From contig JBAXBM010000050.1 of the NCBI GenBank assembly GCA_037141995.1, positions 1 through 11,466 on the forward strand: a DNA stretch of 11,466 bases, read 5' to 3'. Every line of letters begins with the position of its first letter. The stretch's first letter is position 1. This document shows, piece after piece, positions 10,750 through 11,466 of the stretch. The notes under the pieces are model-generated. The model ran no database searches. It saw only the letters and a list, made by a program, of their open reading frames with translations, and was not told the DNA's origin. This DNA comes from Candidatus Omnitrophota bacterium (GTDB lineage Bacteria > Omnitrophota > Gorgyraeia > Zapsychrales > Fredricksoniimonadaceae). Both the position numbers and the translations under genes were made by a program.

Positions 10750-11466
10750 CTATTTTAGTATTGTTATCAGTTCCTGCGGGGAAACGATGCGGACGAAATC
10801 GACGGCGCGGGGATGCTCGACCGGGCAGACACAATAACAGGGGACGTCAGGATATTCCGTGTGAAAGGCTTTAAGGCCTGTCAGGTCGCGCAGGCCAATA
10901 TGCGGGGTGGATTTGCATTCAATGGCATAGAGGATGGACGCTCCGCGGCTGATCAGCAGGTCAACTTCAGCTCCATTGTTTGTGCGCCAGAAGTTGAATT
11001 TCCAGTCGAGCTGGTGGTATTCATTGAGGTGTGTCAATTCCTGGATAACCCATTGTTCAAACAGTCGGCCTTGTTGGATCGGGTTGTTGTTGTCTCTAAG
11101 GGTTCCCAGGATCGAGCGGGTGACGCCATTATCAAAGAAGTAGAATTTCGGGCTATGGCTCATCCTTTGACGCAGGCTTTTCAAATAAGGGAAAATAAAA
11201 AAGCCGATGAGGGTATCTTCAAGGATGGCGTAATATTCCCGGACCGTTGATAATGAAACCTGGCATTCCCGGGAGACGGAAGAAAAATTGATCTGTTGGG
11301 CAAATTGAGCCGCCGCAATATCAAGAAAATTCTGAAACCCGTTAAGGTTTCGCACCAAAGCTTCGGCTTTGATTTCTTCGCTGAGGTAGGCAACGGTGTA
11401 GGCGCGCAGGAGATCTTGTGCCTGGTCCATTTTATTTTCCAGTAGCAGGCTGTAAATTCTTGGCAT
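10750..11466 (-). CDS. AAA+/DUF4143 ATPase paralogue, C-terminal ~238 aa only (the N-terminal ATPase domain probably lies beyond the window edge)
   Basis: The ORF runs to the window edge. YLSEEIKAEALVRNLNGFQNFLDIAAAQFAQQINFSSVSRECQVSLSTVREYYAILEDTLIGFF is the typical DUF4143 region. The C-terminal EVDLLI...AIECKST (10912-10968) repeats the D...E-x-K motif seen in the 934-2130 protein. No Walker A is visible, consistent with 5' truncation by the window. Confidence 0.82.
   Translation of the reverse strand: MPRIYSLLLENKMDQAQDLLRAYTVAYLSEEIKAEALVRNLNGFQNFLDIAAAQFAQQINFSSVSRECQVSLSTVREYYAILEDTLIGFFIFPYLKSLRQRMSHSPKFYFFDNGVTRSILGTLRDNNNPIQQGRLFEQWVIQELTHLNEYHQLDWKFNFWRTNNGAEVDLLISRGASILYAIECKSTPHIGLRDLTGLKAFHTEYPDVPCYCVCPVEHPRAVDFVRIVSPQELITILK

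Noticed and set aside
10743-10752. Convergent gene ends only 4 nt apart (ABC-F stop at 10745, DUF4143 stop at 10750) with no terminator hairpin between them
   Set aside because: Noted as a curiosity only. Tightly abutting convergent genes are common, and I see no structure or repeat here that needs explanation.
10813-11250. 145-aa + strand ORF opposite the terminal DUF4143 gene
   Set aside because: No motifs and no SD. The minus-strand frame carries the characteristic DUF4143 sequence and continues to the window edge.
1-11466. Looked for CRISPR arrays, tandem repeats, tRNA/rRNA genes, transposases, integrases and toxin-antitoxin pairs
   Set aside because: I found no regularly spaced direct repeats, cloverleaf-like sequences or recognisable recombinase motifs. 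The only repeats found are the two dispersed intergenic families reported above.

Overview
Bacterial chromosomal window from an unidentified source. It has nine credible protein genes, eight on + and one on -. I see no rRNA, tRNA, CRISPR array, transposase or integrase. The left two thirds (1-6950) look accessory, with hand-sampled 60-nt lines at roughly 32-55% GC. This part holds a multi-pass membrane protein and a COG1373-type AAA+/DUF4143 ATPase behind a promoter with a perfect 12-bp palindromic operator. A tight same-strand cluster follows: a TM-anchored YiiX-like permuted-papain hydrolase, then a YdjI-like SPFH (Band_7_1) protein with a C-terminal zinc ribbon. That gene is translationally coupled by an ATGA overlap to a zinc-ribbon/TPR protein. 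Last in the cluster is a 703-aa signal-peptide protein with a second, internal signal-peptide-like segment and an AT-rich interior. The right third (7050-10745, roughly 57-60% GC) looks housekeeping: a YgiQ-family radical SAM protein and a YbiT-like ABC-F ATPase. A second DUF4143 ATPase on the - strand is cut by the window edge. Two non-coding repeat families are the most interesting signals. (1) A ~129-nt element occurs upstream of ygiQ and again between ygiQ and the ABC-F gene. It folds into a five-stem rod supported by four compensatory base-pair changes and has invariant purine-rich internal loops, so it is a candidate structured RNA that I do not recognise. (2) A ~65-nt element sits in exactly the same register (GG of a TGGCAT motif 51 nt before the ATG) upstream of both the SPFH gene pair and the 703-aa gene. 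This suggests co-regulation and ties those genes into one candidate membrane-associated module. All functional calls rest on motif recognition by eye; no searches were run.
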